DNA of 64,000 nt from a bacterium (lineage in GTDB: Bacteria > Patescibacteriota > Patescibacteriia > Patescibacteriales > GWC2-42-12), in NCBI GenBank assembly GCA_030650415.1, contig JAUSEG010000005.1, forward strand, positions 23,333-87,332, given 5' to 3'. Position 1 is the stretch's first letter; the number at the start of each line of letters is the position of its first letter. Below are positions 38,722 to 48,038 of the stretch, in pieces. Below the pieces are notes generated by a model. The model was not told the DNA's origin. It searched no databases and saw nothing but the letters and a program-made list of their open reading frames with translations. A program made the translations under genes and the position numbers.

Positions 38722-39360
38722 TTAATTAATTTTTTTCTTATTCTTTTTAATTTTTTTAAATTCGCTTTCATCCGCGTTAAACGGGAAACCGATCAATCTG
38801 AATAGCTCCAAACCTTCTTCATGGGTTTTAGCGGTTGTGCTAAGGCAAATCCCCAAACCGTGAACATTCTCGGTTTCATCAGCTTTAATCTCCGGGAAAG
38901 CCACGTGTTCTTTAAAACCGACTGATAGATTACCGGTATTATCAACCTGCTTAGAGCTAATGCCTCTAAAATCCCTAATTCTCGGAAAGGTTATATTTAC
39001 CAGCTTTTCCACAAAATCAAACATTCTTTTATTGCGCATGGTTACGGCTACGCCGATCACCATGCCTTTTCTGGTCTTAAAAGCCGAAACTGATTGCTTG
39101 GCTTTAGTTAAAATTGTTTTCTGTCCACTGATTCTTTCTAAACTCGAAACTACGCCATCAATAAAAGCTTTGTCTTTAGCGTTTTTCCCCACGCCTGAAT
39201 TAAGCACCACTTTGGTTAAGCGCGGCACAGCCAGCTGGTTTTTATAACCAAATTTTTCTGCCATTTTCGGGATTATTTCTTTTTTATATCTTTCTTTTAA
39301 ATTTACCCCGTTAAATAAATTATTATCTTTATTTGATTTTTTTTCTATTTGATCTGGCAT
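38722..39360 (-). CDS. rplE: 50S ribosomal protein L5
   Basis: PR..KVVLN.G.G, PRIRDFRG; N-terminus lies within a palindromic element. Confidence 0.96.
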   Translation of the reverse strand: MPDQIEKKSNKDNNLFNGVNLKERYKKEIIPKMAEKFGYKNQLAVPRLTKVVLNSGVGKNAKDKAFIDGVVSSLERISGQKTILTKAKQSVSAFKTRKGMVIGVAVTMRNKRMFDFVEKLVNITFPRIRDFRGISSKQVDNTGNLSVGFKEHVAFPEIKADETENVHGLGICLSTTAKTHEEGLELFRLIGFPFNADESEFKKIKKNKKKIN

Positions 39361-39415
39361 ATTTACTCATAAAACCCGGCTAAATATTAAAAATCTAACG
39401 GGGTGAATATAATAA

Positions 39416-39748
39416 TTAATCAATTACCTGCTGGCATTTTTTACAAACTCTAACCTTTTTCTTAGATTTAACTTCGTTTTTTACAACTTCTATATATTTA
39501 TAACCTACTCTGGTCGGTTTATCGCAGCCTCCACAAACTAAAATAACATTTGATAAATTCATTGGCGCCGGGAATTCAATTCTCTGGCCTTTCTCGCCTT
39601 TCTTTCTGGGGCGCATATGCTTAATTAAAAGATTCAAACCTTCAATACTGGCTCGATTGCTCGACTCGAAAATCTGTAAAACTTTACCGATTTTACCTTT
39701 ATCTTTTCCCGCTAAAATTTTAACTTTATCGCCTTTTTTTATCTTCAT
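39416..39748 (-). CDS. rplX: 50S ribosomal protein L24
   Basis: KKGD.V..LAGKDKGK. Confidence 0.97.
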   Translation of the reverse strand: MKIKKGDKVKILAGKDKGKIGKVLQIFESSNRASIEGLNLLIKHMRPRKKGEKGQRIEFPAPMNLSNVILVCGGCDKPTRVGYKYIEVVKNEVKSKKKVRVCKKCQQVID

Positions 39749-39756
39749 ATTTTTTC

Positions 39757-39826
39757 TGTCATCCTGGAGCGAAGCGATAGGATCTAGATTCTATCGATCG
39801 GCCTCTGGCCTCCCTCCAGAATGACA
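39757..39826. repeat. TGTCAT...ATGACA palindromic element
   Basis: Inverted arms between rplN and rplX. Confidence 0.85.
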
Positions 39827-39831
39827 ATTTA

Positions 39832-40203
39832 TTAAAGCACTTCCGGCGCGAGCGACGCAATCTTCGTAAAGCCCAGCTGTTTTAATTCTCTGGCAACCGG
39901 ACCAAAAATTCTTGTGCCCTTAGGCTCTTTCTTTTCTTTATCAATAATTACGCAAGCATTTTCATCAAAACGCGCGTAAACGCCGTCCGATCTTCTGATT
40001 TCTTTTCTGGTTCTAACGATTACGGCATGCGCGATATCGCCATTTTTAATGGCGGCATGAGGTTCGGCATCTTTAACCACCACGGTAATAATCTCGCCAA
40101 CGGTGGCATAACGTTTTTTATAGCCGCCAAGCACCCTGATGCACATGACGATTTTTGCGCCTGTATTATCCGCAACCTTTAACATTGTTTGGACTTGTAT
40201 CAT
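39832..40203 (-). CDS. rplN: 50S ribosomal protein L14
   Basis: [19 protein letters not shown]. Confidence 0.97.
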   Translation of the reverse strand: MIQVQTMLKVADNTGAKIVMCIRVLGGYKKRYATVGEIITVVVKDAEPHAAIKNGDIAHAVIVRTRKEIRRSDGVYARFDENACVIIDKEKKEPKGTRIFGPVARELKQLGFTKIASLAPEVL

Positions 40204-40220
40204 AAGCGTAATTTAATATA

Positions 40221-40493
40221 TTAATATACCATGCGCCATCTCTTATCCTTGCTTAACGGACGGCATTCAACGAATTGCACCTTATCGCCGACTTTATACT
40301 GATTTTTTTCATCATGCACTTTATACTTTCTGTTGGTCTTATAGCGCTTCTCGTATTTCGGATATATCTTAACCGACTCAACGGTAACTACTCTGGTTTT
40401 ATTCATTTTATCGCCGACCACCACGCCGCTAAACTTACGTTTAATAACTTCTCGCTTAACCGCTTGATTTTTTGGCTGTTTTTGATTTTCCAT
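40221..40493 (-). CDS. rpsQ: 30S ribosomal protein S17
   Basis: KM.KT.VV, ECRPLSK.KRW. Confidence 0.97.
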   Translation of the reverse strand: MENQKQPKNQAVKREVIKRKFSGVVVGDKMNKTRVVTVESVKIYPKYEKRYKTNRKYKVHDEKNQYKVGDKVQFVECRPLSKDKRWRMVY

Positions 40494-40495
40494 AT

Positions 40496-40687
40496 TTATT
40501 TAGCTTTTTTGCTGCTTAATAAAGTTAATACTTTTGCAATGGTCTTTTTTATCTCTCTGATTTCTCTAATATCCTTTAGCTGTTTGTTGGCATCCTTAAA
40601 ACGCAAATCTCTTAATTTATCGCGAAATTCGTTTAAAAATTGCTTCAATTCTTTTTCGGTTTTAAGTTTTAATTCCTTAAATTCCAT
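40496..40687 (-). CDS. rpmC: 50S ribosomal protein L29
   Basis: Operon position; LRF...IREIKK.IAK.LT. Confidence 0.93.
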   Translation of the reverse strand: MEFKELKLKTEKELKQFLNEFRDKLRDLRFKDANKQLKDIREIREIKKTIAKVLTLLSSKKAK

Positions 40688-40706
40688 ATTTATAATATTT
40701 AAACTT

Positions 40707-41111
40707 TTATTTCTTAATATACTTGCATTTAACCGGTAATTTATATTCAGCCATCTTCATAGCTTCCTTGGCTTCGGTTTCGGTTATACCGGCGATTTCA
40801 AACATAATCATTCCCGGTTTAACTATGGCTACATAATGATCAACCGTACCTTTACCCTTGCCCATGGGAATTTCTCCGCCTTTTACCGTAACCGATTTAT
40901 CCGGGAAAATTCTAATCCAAACTTTTCCGCCCTTGCTGATATATCTGGTTAAAACTTTTCTGACCGATTCAATCTGTCTTGAAGAAACCCAGCAGGCTTC
41001 CAAACTCTTTAAACCGTAATCGCCAAAACTCAATTCAAGCATTTGGGAAGCTTTTCCGCCCCTTTTGCGTTTATGCATTTTTCTCCATTTGGTTTTTTTT
41101 GGCATCAACAT
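40707..41111 (-). CDS. rplP: 50S ribosomal protein L16
   Basis: MLMPKK.K.RK, WIRIFPD, MGKGKG. Confidence 0.97.
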   Translation of the reverse strand: MLMPKKTKWRKMHKRKRGGKASQMLELSFGDYGLKSLEACWVSSRQIESVRKVLTRYISKGGKVWIRIFPDKSVTVKGGEIPMGKGKGTVDHYVAIVKPGMIMFEIAGITETEAKEAMKMAEYKLPVKCKYIKK

Positions 41112-41143
41112 AGCTGCTTGCTTTAAAGTTTAAACTTATTAAA

Positions 41144-41833
41144 CTACTTTCTTTCTCCAATAACTTCCCCTTGGGCGGCCTCATTTTTTTTCTTAAAGAC
41201 ATCGCCTTTATATATCCAAAATTTTATGCCAATCGCGCCATAAGCGGTTCTAGCCGTAGCTTTAGCAAAATCTATATCAGCTCTTAAGGTGTGCAAAGGA
41301 ACTTTGCCGGAAGTTAGCATCTCCGTTCTGGCGATTTCTGATCCGTTAAGACGGCCGCTAACCACCACTTTTACTCCCAAAGCGCCGGCTCTTTCAACTC
41401 GGCTGATTGCCTGCTTCATTACTCTTCTAAAAGGCATTCTCTTCTCAATATCAATCGCCATTGATCCGGCGACAATCATACTGCTTAAATTCGGCCGATC
41501 GAATTCAGTAATATTCAAATTTATATCATTTAACTTAAAATTCTTTAAAAATTTATCATGCAGCTTCTTTTTTAAATCGCCGGCTCCGCTGCCGCCGCGG
41601 CCGATTATAATACCCGGTTTGGCCGTAAAAATACCGATCGTAAACTTATGGCCGCTTCTCTCTATTTCGAAACGATCTACTCCGGCCTCGCGCAATTCAG
41701 CGAATAAATATTTTTTTATTCTAACATCCTGTTCTAAATTCTTAATTAAAACTTTTCCAGTAGCAAACCACCTGGACGGCCAGGTCCTGGTAATATTCAA
41801 TCTAAAAACTTTTGGATTTACCTTATGTCCCAT
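41144..41833 (-). CDS. rpsC: 30S ribosomal protein S3
   Basis: MGHKVNP, GRLNG.EIAR, PLHTLRADID. Confidence 0.97.
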   Translation of the reverse strand: MGHKVNPKVFRLNITRTWPSRWFATGKVLIKNLEQDVRIKKYLFAELREAGVDRFEIERSGHKFTIGIFTAKPGIIIGRGGSGAGDLKKKLHDKFLKNFKLNDINLNITEFDRPNLSSMIVAGSMAIDIEKRMPFRRVMKQAISRVERAGALGVKVVVSGRLNGSEIARTEMLTSGKVPLHTLRADIDFAKATARTAYGAIGIKFWIYKGDVFKKKNEAAQGEVIGERK

Positions 41834-41874
41834 ATGATATTTCTTGTCCTCCGCGGGGAGGAAAAATTAATTGC

Positions 41875-42456
41875 TTAGCCGCTCTTTCTTCTAAACATTT
41901 TTCCGACAAAGCCCTTGCTGCCGCCTTCGATTTTAGCATGTCCGCCCCGGCCTTCCATTCTCGGGTCAACTATAACCTTGCCTTCTTCCTGCATGGCCAG
42001 ATTTTTTTCTTTTTCCGGCTTTTCAGAATCCTTTATCTTAACGGCCGCGTCTTTTTTCGGCTGGGTTTCAAGTTTAATCGGCGCTTCCAGATTCTGTTTC
42101 TTCGAGGTTTTAACTCCCGAAGCCTTGATTTCTCCCAAGACTAAATTTATATGGCTGGTTCGTTTCTTAATCGGCGTGGCCCGGCCATGGGCTCTCGGCA
42201 TCCAGCGTTTTAAAGTTGGGCCTTCGCCGACGGTTATCTCTTTTATGAATAAATTGTCTTTGGCTAATTCAAAATTATGCTCGGCATTAGCTATAGCGGA
42301 CAAAACCAGCTTAGCTACCGGCCTGGCGGCTAATTTATTTATAAAATGCAATTGATCCAAAGCCTTGTCTACCGGCAACTTCTTAATAAGATTAGTTACT
42401 AAGCGCATTTTAATCGGTGACATTCTGATAAATTTTGCTTTAGCTTTAACTTCCAT
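41875..42456 (-). CDS. rplV: 50S ribosomal protein L22 with C-terminal extension
   Basis: SAIANAEHN, GPTLKR..PRA.GRA. Confidence 0.96.
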   Translation of the reverse strand: MEVKAKAKFIRMSPIKMRLVTNLIKKLPVDKALDQLHFINKLAARPVAKLVLSAIANAEHNFELAKDNLFIKEITVGEGPTLKRWMPRAHGRATPIKKRTSHINLVLGEIKASGVKTSKKQNLEAPIKLETQPKKDAAVKIKDSEKPEKEKNLAMQEEGKVIVDPRMEGRGGHAKIEGGSKGFVGKMFRRKSG

Positions 42457-42470
42457 ACTTACTTTATTCT

Positions 42471-42599
42471 ATCAAGTTAAAATTTAATGGCCGTAGAGTT
42501 CTACTCGCTATTAAATTTTAACTTGATACATTATATTTTTTGTTTATCCCCTTGAGGGGGAAAATATTAAAAACTTTTTCTAAAAAAGTTTTTAAAGTT
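42471..42599. repeat. Structured intergenic element duplicated at 54491-54637
   Basis: Shared AATTTAATGGCCGTAGAGTTCTACTCGCTATTAAATTTT and AAAACTTTTTCTAAAAAAGTTTTTAA. Confidence 0.88.
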
Positions 42600-42603
42600 T
42601 TAT

Positions 42604-42930
42604 TTATTTTCCAACTTTAGAAACCGAAGCTGGAGCGGCCGGAGCCACAGCTCCTTTAGCTTGGTCTTTAGCCATTTTGCCGCCGTGGCTGACAAACTTT
42701 CTGGTCGGTGAGAACTCGCCTAATTTATGGCCAACCATATTTTCAACAATAAATACCGGTGTATGTTGCTTGCCATTATGCACGCCGATGGTAAAACCTA
42801 CCATTTCCGGAGCAATTGTACAAGCTCTATCCCAAACTTTAATGATAGTCTTATCGCCGGGGCGCAAAGCTCTAAGCTTTTTCATCAATCTTTCGTTAAG
42901 GTATGGGCCTTTTTTTAAACTTCTTGTCAT
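42604..42930 (-). CDS. rpsS: 30S ribosomal protein S19
   Basis: [20 protein letters not shown]. Confidence 0.97.
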   Translation of the reverse strand: MTRSLKKGPYLNERLMKKLRALRPGDKTIIKVWDRACTIAPEMVGFTIGVHNGKQHTPVFIVENMVGHKLGEFSPTRKFVSHGGKMAKDQAKGAVAPAAPASVSKVGK

Positions 42931-42952
42931 ATATTAATAATTATTACGTGGA

Positions 42953-43786
42953 TTATTTTTTCCTTCTGGAAACAATCAATCTGTTTGATCGCTTCTTATG
43001 TTTTCTGGTCTTAACGCCTAAGGCCGGCTTGCCCCATTTCGTCTTCGGATGCTTCAAGCCGATTGGCTGCTTGCCTTCGCCGCCGCCATGCGGATGATCA
43101 ACCGGATTCATGGCCGTACCTCTGACCGTCGGCCTGACGCCTAAGAGTCTTTGCCGACCGGCTCTACCGATTACGATATGGCTTCTGTCTAAATTGCTAA
43201 CCTGGCCAACTGTGCAAAGACATTCTTTATTGACTAATCTGATTTCGCTTGAAGGCATTTTAATTTGCGCGTTATCGCCTAAAATACCCATAACAAAAAC
43301 TAGATTTCCCGCTGATCTGGCAATTTTAGCGCCTCGACCCGGTTCCAACTCTATATTATAAACCTCAACTCCCGGCGGAATAAATTTAATCGGCATGGCA
43401 TTACCGGCCTTTATTTCAATCTGCTTTTTAGAACTCATTATCTCGTCACCGACTTTTAAGCCGACGGGCATGATAATATATCTCTTAGCTCCATCTCTAT
43501 AGTATACCAAGCTGATTCTCGCTCCGCGATTCGGATCATATTCAATCGACATGATTTTTCCCGGTATATCGAATTTATCTCTAAAAAAATCAATCTGGCG
43601 GATATATCTTTTAACGCCGCCGCCCTGATGTCTAACGGTAATTTTACCGGTATTATTTCTGCCGGCTTGGCCCTTTTTTATATAAATCAAACTCTTCTCC
43701 GGTTCAGTTTTAGTGATATCGGAAAAATCGTCGAATGTCGCCGACCTTCTGCCCGGTGATGTAGGTTTTACTATTTTAATCCCCAT
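42953..43786 (-). CDS. rplB: 50S ribosomal protein L2
   Basis: EYDPNR, RG.AMNPVDHPHGGGEG. Confidence 0.98.
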   Translation of the reverse strand: MGIKIVKPTSPGRRSATFDDFSDITKTEPEKSLIYIKKGQAGRNNTGKITVRHQGGGVKRYIRQIDFFRDKFDIPGKIMSIEYDPNRGARISLVYYRDGAKRYIIMPVGLKVGDEIMSSKKQIEIKAGNAMPIKFIPPGVEVYNIELEPGRGAKIARSAGNLVFVMGILGDNAQIKMPSSEIRLVNKECLCTVGQVSNLDRSHIVIGRAGRQRLLGVRPTVRGTAMNPVDHPHGGGEGKQPIGLKHPKTKWGKPALGVKTRKHKKRSNRLIVSRRKK

Positions 43787-43862
43787 AGATTCAATTAGCA
43801 ATTACGAATTACGAATTAATTATTTCAGATTTTTAATTCGTAATTTTTAATTTTTAATTGGT

Positions 43863-44378
43863 TTACACGCCTTCGTAAATTTTAATAGCTTGATCTTTTG
43901 GTAAAGTTACTATGGCCTTTTTCCAGTCTTTTCTTTTGCCGCTGATTTTTCCGTAACGAGCGTTCTTGCCCATCATTTTAATAACATTCACACTAGTTGG
44001 CTTAATGCCATAAACCTCTTTAATGGCTTTAGCGATTTCTATTTTATTGGCATCGCCGGCCACGGCAAAAACATATTTATTTAAAGCGCCTAGATTGCTG
44101 ACTTTTTCCGTAACTAACGGTTTAACCAAGACTTTATAGGCATTGCCATAAGTCGTTCGCGCCTGACCCTTCTTAACCTCCTTGCCCTTACCTGCTCCGA
44201 GCCTGGTCGAGGAGGCGGTCGAAGCAGTACCATATAAATCCTTCATGCTCTTAGTTTCCGGCTCTGCCTTAACAGGAGTTTTTCCAGCGCTAACCGGCGT
44301 CGGCTTGGCCACGGCTTTTTTCTGATCACCTGCCCCGAGCTTAATCGAGGGGTCAGTTTTTTTTCCAAATATTGACAT
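43863..44378 (-). CDS. rplW: 50S ribosomal protein L23 with long N-terminal extension
   Basis: P.VTEK, ANK.EI..A, WKKAIVTL. Confidence 0.95.
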   Translation of the reverse strand: MSIFGKKTDPSIKLGAGDQKKAVAKPTPVSAGKTPVKAEPETKSMKDLYGTASTASSTRLGAGKGKEVKKGQARTTYGNAYKVLVKPLVTEKVSNLGALNKYVFAVAGDANKIEIAKAIKEVYGIKPTSVNVIKMMGKNARYGKISGKRKDWKKAIVTLPKDQAIKIYEGV

Positions 44379-44525
44379 ACAATAATTAATTTTCAATTTT
44401 CAATTTACAAATTTTCAATCAATTACCAATGAATTAATGAATTAATTTTCAAATAAAAATATAATTAATTGAAAATTCAATCATTGAAAATTCATTGAAA
44501 ATTGATAATTGTAAATTAAAAATTA

Positions 44526-45266
44526 TTATTTATACCTTTCTTCTAGCTTCTCAACAACGGTTCTTGCAATAATTAAATTCTTATATTTCAACAGGTCTAC
44601 TATATTTATATTATTCATGTTAATCAGCAAAACGCCAGGTAAGTTTTTTGCCGAATTGGTTAATTTCTCATCAGTCTTTTCGACGATAATCAAGATACTG
44701 CGTTTTTTCGCTGATTTACCGGTTTTAGTTTTCTTTGGCTTGGCTTCAACTTGTCCGGTTAAATTCATGGCCTGCTTAACTTCAGCTGAACCGGAATTCA
44801 ATGGAGTAAAAATTTTATTTTCTAAATTAGCTAAAATCTGATTAAAAAATTTGGTTTTAAATTCCGTTATGGAAAATTTATCTAAAACGACTAAATGATC
44901 GCTGGCCAGTTTATCGGATAAAACCATAAGCATGGCGCCCTGCTTCATCTTTTTATTTATCCGCATTTTAAAATTCCGGTCGTTTCTCGGACCGAAGGTT
45001 ACGCCGCCACCCTTCCAAATCGGTGATCGGCTTGAACCGTGGCGCGCTCGGCCCGTGCCTTTTTGCGCCCAAGGTTTTTTACCGCCGCCCCTGACTTCGC
45101 TTCTGGTCTTAGTATGAGCGATAACTTTTCTCTCGTTGGCCATTTGCGTAACAACCGCCTGGTGCACTAGAGCTTCATTAACTTTCACGCCAAAAACCTT
45201 TGAAGAAAGTTCCATCTCTCCGGCAGCTTCCGCGTCTTGGTTGTAGATTTTTATTTTAAGGCTCAT
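44526..45266 (-). CDS. rplD: 50S ribosomal protein L4
   Basis: TKTRSEVRGGGKKPW.QKGTGRARHGS. Confidence 0.97.
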   Translation of the reverse strand: MSLKIKIYNQDAEAAGEMELSSKVFGVKVNEALVHQAVVTQMANERKVIAHTKTRSEVRGGGKKPWAQKGTGRARHGSSRSPIWKGGGVTFGPRNDRNFKMRINKKMKQGAMLMVLSDKLASDHLVVLDKFSITEFKTKFFNQILANLENKIFTPLNSGSAEVKQAMNLTGQVEAKPKKTKTGKSAKKRSILIIVEKTDEKLTNSAKNLPGVLLINMNNINIVDLLKYKNLIIARTVVEKLEERYK

Positions 45267-45275
45267 ATTTTGCAT

Positions 45276-45392
45276 TGTCATTCCCGCGAAAGCGGGAATC
45301 CAGGAGGAAGCAGTATAAACATTGTTAATAATTTACCGTGTTTGTGCCTCTGCCTCCTGGATTCCCGACAGCCTGCGGCTTCGGGAATGACA
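45276..45392. repeat. TGTCATTCCC...GGGAATGACA palindromic element
   Basis: Inner CCAGGAGGAAGCAGTA...TTTGTGCCTCTGCCTCCTGG shared with the element at 45839. Confidence 0.9.
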
Positions 45393-45436
45393 AGATAAAA
45401 AATTGTTCGTTTTAATATTACTAATCACTAATCTTT

Positions 45437-45471
45437 AAAAAATGGGGGTATTAGTAAATTGCGCTACCCCC
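45437..45471 (-). terminator. Probable rho-independent terminator after the orphan gene
   Basis: GGGGGTA...TACCCCC hairpin followed by ATTTTTT on the minus strand. Confidence 0.6.
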
Positions 45472-45479
45472 GATCGGCC

Positions 45480-45794
45480 TTAGCCGATGGTCACGCAAGG
45501 AACGCCGCTACTTTCTGACTTAACCTTACCCTCCTTCTTCGACAATCTCTTGATGAAATTGGCAACCGCCTTGGCTATGCGTATTTGTTCCGCCTTGGCG
45601 CGGTATTCATCAGACTTACGCGCCCTTATTCTCGGATCACCGTAGGTCACCATCTCTGAATCTTCTTCATAGGCCACGGCCGCGGCTTCCAATTCTCTCA
45701 ACTCTTGCTTCAGCCTCCTGCAACGACCGGATAACCTAATGGCCGTTTGCTGCAACCACGCCTTGTCAATAACTACCATCGTTTGTGTTTTCAT
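45480..45794 (-). CDS. Orphan helical hypothetical protein between rplC and rplD
   Basis: 104 aa from MKTQTM, preceded by a GGAG RBS. Confidence 0.65.
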   Translation of the reverse strand: MKTQTMVVIDKAWLQQTAIRLSGRCRRLKQELRELEAAAVAYEEDSEMVTYGDPRIRARKSDEYRAKAEQIRIAKAVANFIKRLSKKEGKVKSESSGVPCVTIG

Positions 45795-45838
45795 GTTTGA
45801 TCTCCGTGTTTTTGTTTCTGTTGTTTTATTGTTTGATT

Positions 45839-46026
45839 TGTCATTCCCGCGAAAGCACTCTGTTTTCTTTCTCTGCGCCGAGGTCGGCACCGAGGAGCAA
45901 TCCAGGAGGAAGCAGTACAAACGATCCTTATCGTTTACTATATTTGTGCCTCTGCCTCCTGGATTCTCATGGCTACGCCAGATCTCGCGTAGCGATGACC
46001 GACAGGCTTCGCCTTCGGGAATGACA
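45839..46026. repeat. TGTCATTCCC...GGGAATGACA element with two nested inserts
   Basis: Direct relative of the element at 45276. Confidence 0.9.
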
Positions 46027-46034
46027 AAATAATA

Positions 46035-46850
46035 TTATTTCACTTTTTCTTCTTTCTTTTCCACTTTAACCGCTTCAACTTTTTTCTCCTCTTTAACTGA
46101 CTCGGTAACTTTAACTGCTTCAATCGGTTTTTCGGTCTTTACTTCTGCCACCGTCTCCGCTTTCGGCTGGGCTTGTCCTGAGCTTGCCGAAGGGGCAATT
46201 TTTAAATTTCCGTCTCCGTAAACTAAAACCACGCTATTTCTCGCGCCCGGAACCGCGCCGCTAATATATAAAATATTATTTTCTTTATCAACTTGCGCGA
46301 TTTTTAAATTGGCTGTCGTCACGCGCTCATCACCCATTCGGCCGGGCATCCTTTTATTCTTAAAAACGTGCTGAGGGCCGCCGGCGCCAATCGCTCCCGA
46401 AGTTCTAACCTGATCTTTTGTGCCGTGAGTGGTATTATGGCCATGAAAGCCATGTCTTTTCACGCTGCCTTGAAAACCCTTGCCTTTTGAAGTGCCGGTA
46501 ACTTTTATAACATCGCCGACTTCAAAGGTGCCGGCATCAACTATATCGCCTATTTTTAAATCTTTAACTTCTTCTCTAAACTCGCGATAATATCTTAAAT
46601 TTTTTCCAAAGCCCGGTTTTCCGCCCCTAGCCGAAATCTTAGCTTTCTTTAAATGGCCGAGCTGGGGTTTATTGATATTTTTTTCTTTTCTTTCCGAAAA
46701 CCCAAGCTGAACCGCCGCGTAGCCGTCCGAATTGATGCTTTTTAACTGGACAACCGGACATGGTCCGGCCTGAACTTTCGTTACGGCTACCAGTTTTTCG
46801 CCTTGCCAAATCTGGGTCATTTCAATTTTTTTTCCTATAATAAATTTCAT
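46035..46850 (-). CDS. rplC: 50S ribosomal protein L3
   Basis: G.K..MTQ, SKGKGFQG.VKRH, K.MPG.MG. Confidence 0.97.
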   Translation of the reverse strand: MKFIIGKKIEMTQIWQGEKLVAVTKVQAGPCPVVQLKSINSDGYAAVQLGFSERKEKNINKPQLGHLKKAKISARGGKPGFGKNLRYYREFREEVKDLKIGDIVDAGTFEVGDVIKVTGTSKGKGFQGSVKRHGFHGHNTTHGTKDQVRTSGAIGAGGPQHVFKNKRMPGRMGDERVTTANLKIAQVDKENNILYISGAVPGARNSVVLVYGDGNLKIAPSASSGQAQPKAETVAEVKTEKPIEAVKVTESVKEEKKVEAVKVEKKEEKVK

Positions 46851-46875
46851 ATCTAATAAATTATTCTCTTTTTAC

Positions 46876-46955
46876 TGTCATTCCCGCGCAGGCGGGAATC
46901 CAAAAACGGATTTTTTACTTCTCACTCCTGGATTCCCGCCTTCGCGGGAATGACA
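46876..46955. repeat. Compact (empty) TGTCATTCCCGCGCAGGCGGGAATCCA element
   Basis: 80 bp; 27-bp arms with one mismatch. Confidence 0.9.
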
Positions 46956-47206
46956 AGAGAAAAATATTTAATGGTTATTCAAAGCTCTAAATATAAAAAA
47001 ACCGGTCTTCAACAAACCAGTCCAAAACCGCTTTAACACGGTGGCTATTACAAATTATTTTCCAAAAAAGGAATTTAATTTTGACTCTTGGTTTGATTGA
47101 ATTTTACCTCGCTCTAAATATTAACTTTTATTCAAACACTTTCCCTAAAGGAGTTGTCTAAACAATCATTAATATAATATATAAAAATACTAACTAATAT
47201 ATTCTA

Positions 47207-47578
47207 TTACATTTTTATCTCGATGTCAACCCCGGCCGGTAGGCCAAGATTAGTCAAAGATTCTATAGTCTTAGCTGTCGGTTCAATGATATCCACCAAT
47301 CTTTTATGAATTCTGATCTCGTATTGATCCCTTGAATCCTTATGCACAAAGGTTGAACTGTTTACCGTATACTTTTTCTTTTCAATCGGCAACGGTATCG
47401 GTCCGTAAATCTGGGCGCCGGTCCTTTCGGCCGTGTCGATAATCGTCTTAGTGGATTGATCAATAATTTTATGATCAAAAGCTTTAATTTTAATGCGGAT
47501 TCTCTGTTTAGAATCTTCATTGACTCTTACTTCTGATTTGTCGTCTTTAACGGATTTTTTGTCTTTAACTTCAGTCAT
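47207..47578 (-). CDS. rpsJ: 30S ribosomal protein S10
   Basis: [22 protein letters not shown]. Confidence 0.97.
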   Translation of the reverse strand: MTEVKDKKSVKDDKSEVRVNEDSKQRIRIKIKAFDHKIIDQSTKTIIDTAERTGAQIYGPIPLPIEKKKYTVNSSTFVHKDSRDQYEIRIHKRLVDIIEPTAKTIESLTNLGLPAGVDIEIKM

Positions 47579-47670
47579 GTTGCTTAAATTTTAAAATTAA
47601 AATTGTAAATATCTAAATATATTCTACCCTTTTATTAAATAAAAACTGTATTAAAAACTGTTACCCTTGG

Positions 47671-47946
47671 TTAAGCGTGGTCCAGCTCCGAAAAAGCTTC
47701 CGCTCCGTTATGTAGTGGAAGAGAATAAAGCTCCGCTACTTTTTTTGCAAGCGAAATTGTCTCACCCGTCTGATTGGAGTAATCTTCTCTTTCGTTGCTA
47801 AATTGAGACTTTTTACTTAGCTGGTTACGGTCAAGCGCATAAGTTTTCAAAGCCCGGATAATAATATCCGCTTCCTCCATAGTGAGTTTTAATTCTCCTT
47901 TTTCTCTCTCAATCGGTGCTTTTTCTCCAAATTTTTGTTCTGGCAT
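47671..47946 (-). CDS. Hypothetical protein between tuf and rpsJ
   Basis: About 91 aa from MPEQK. Confidence 0.55.
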   Translation of the reverse strand: MPEQKFGEKAPIEREKGELKLTMEEADIIIRALKTYALDRNQLSKKSQFSNEREDYSNQTGETISLAKKVAELYSLPLHNGAEAFSELDHA

Positions 47947-48038
47947 AAATTTATTTAACCGCAAATCTGCAAATTCACTACGAATAAAACAAACAGTATT
48001 CGTAATATTCGTAGCTGATTTGTAGATTTGTGGAATGT

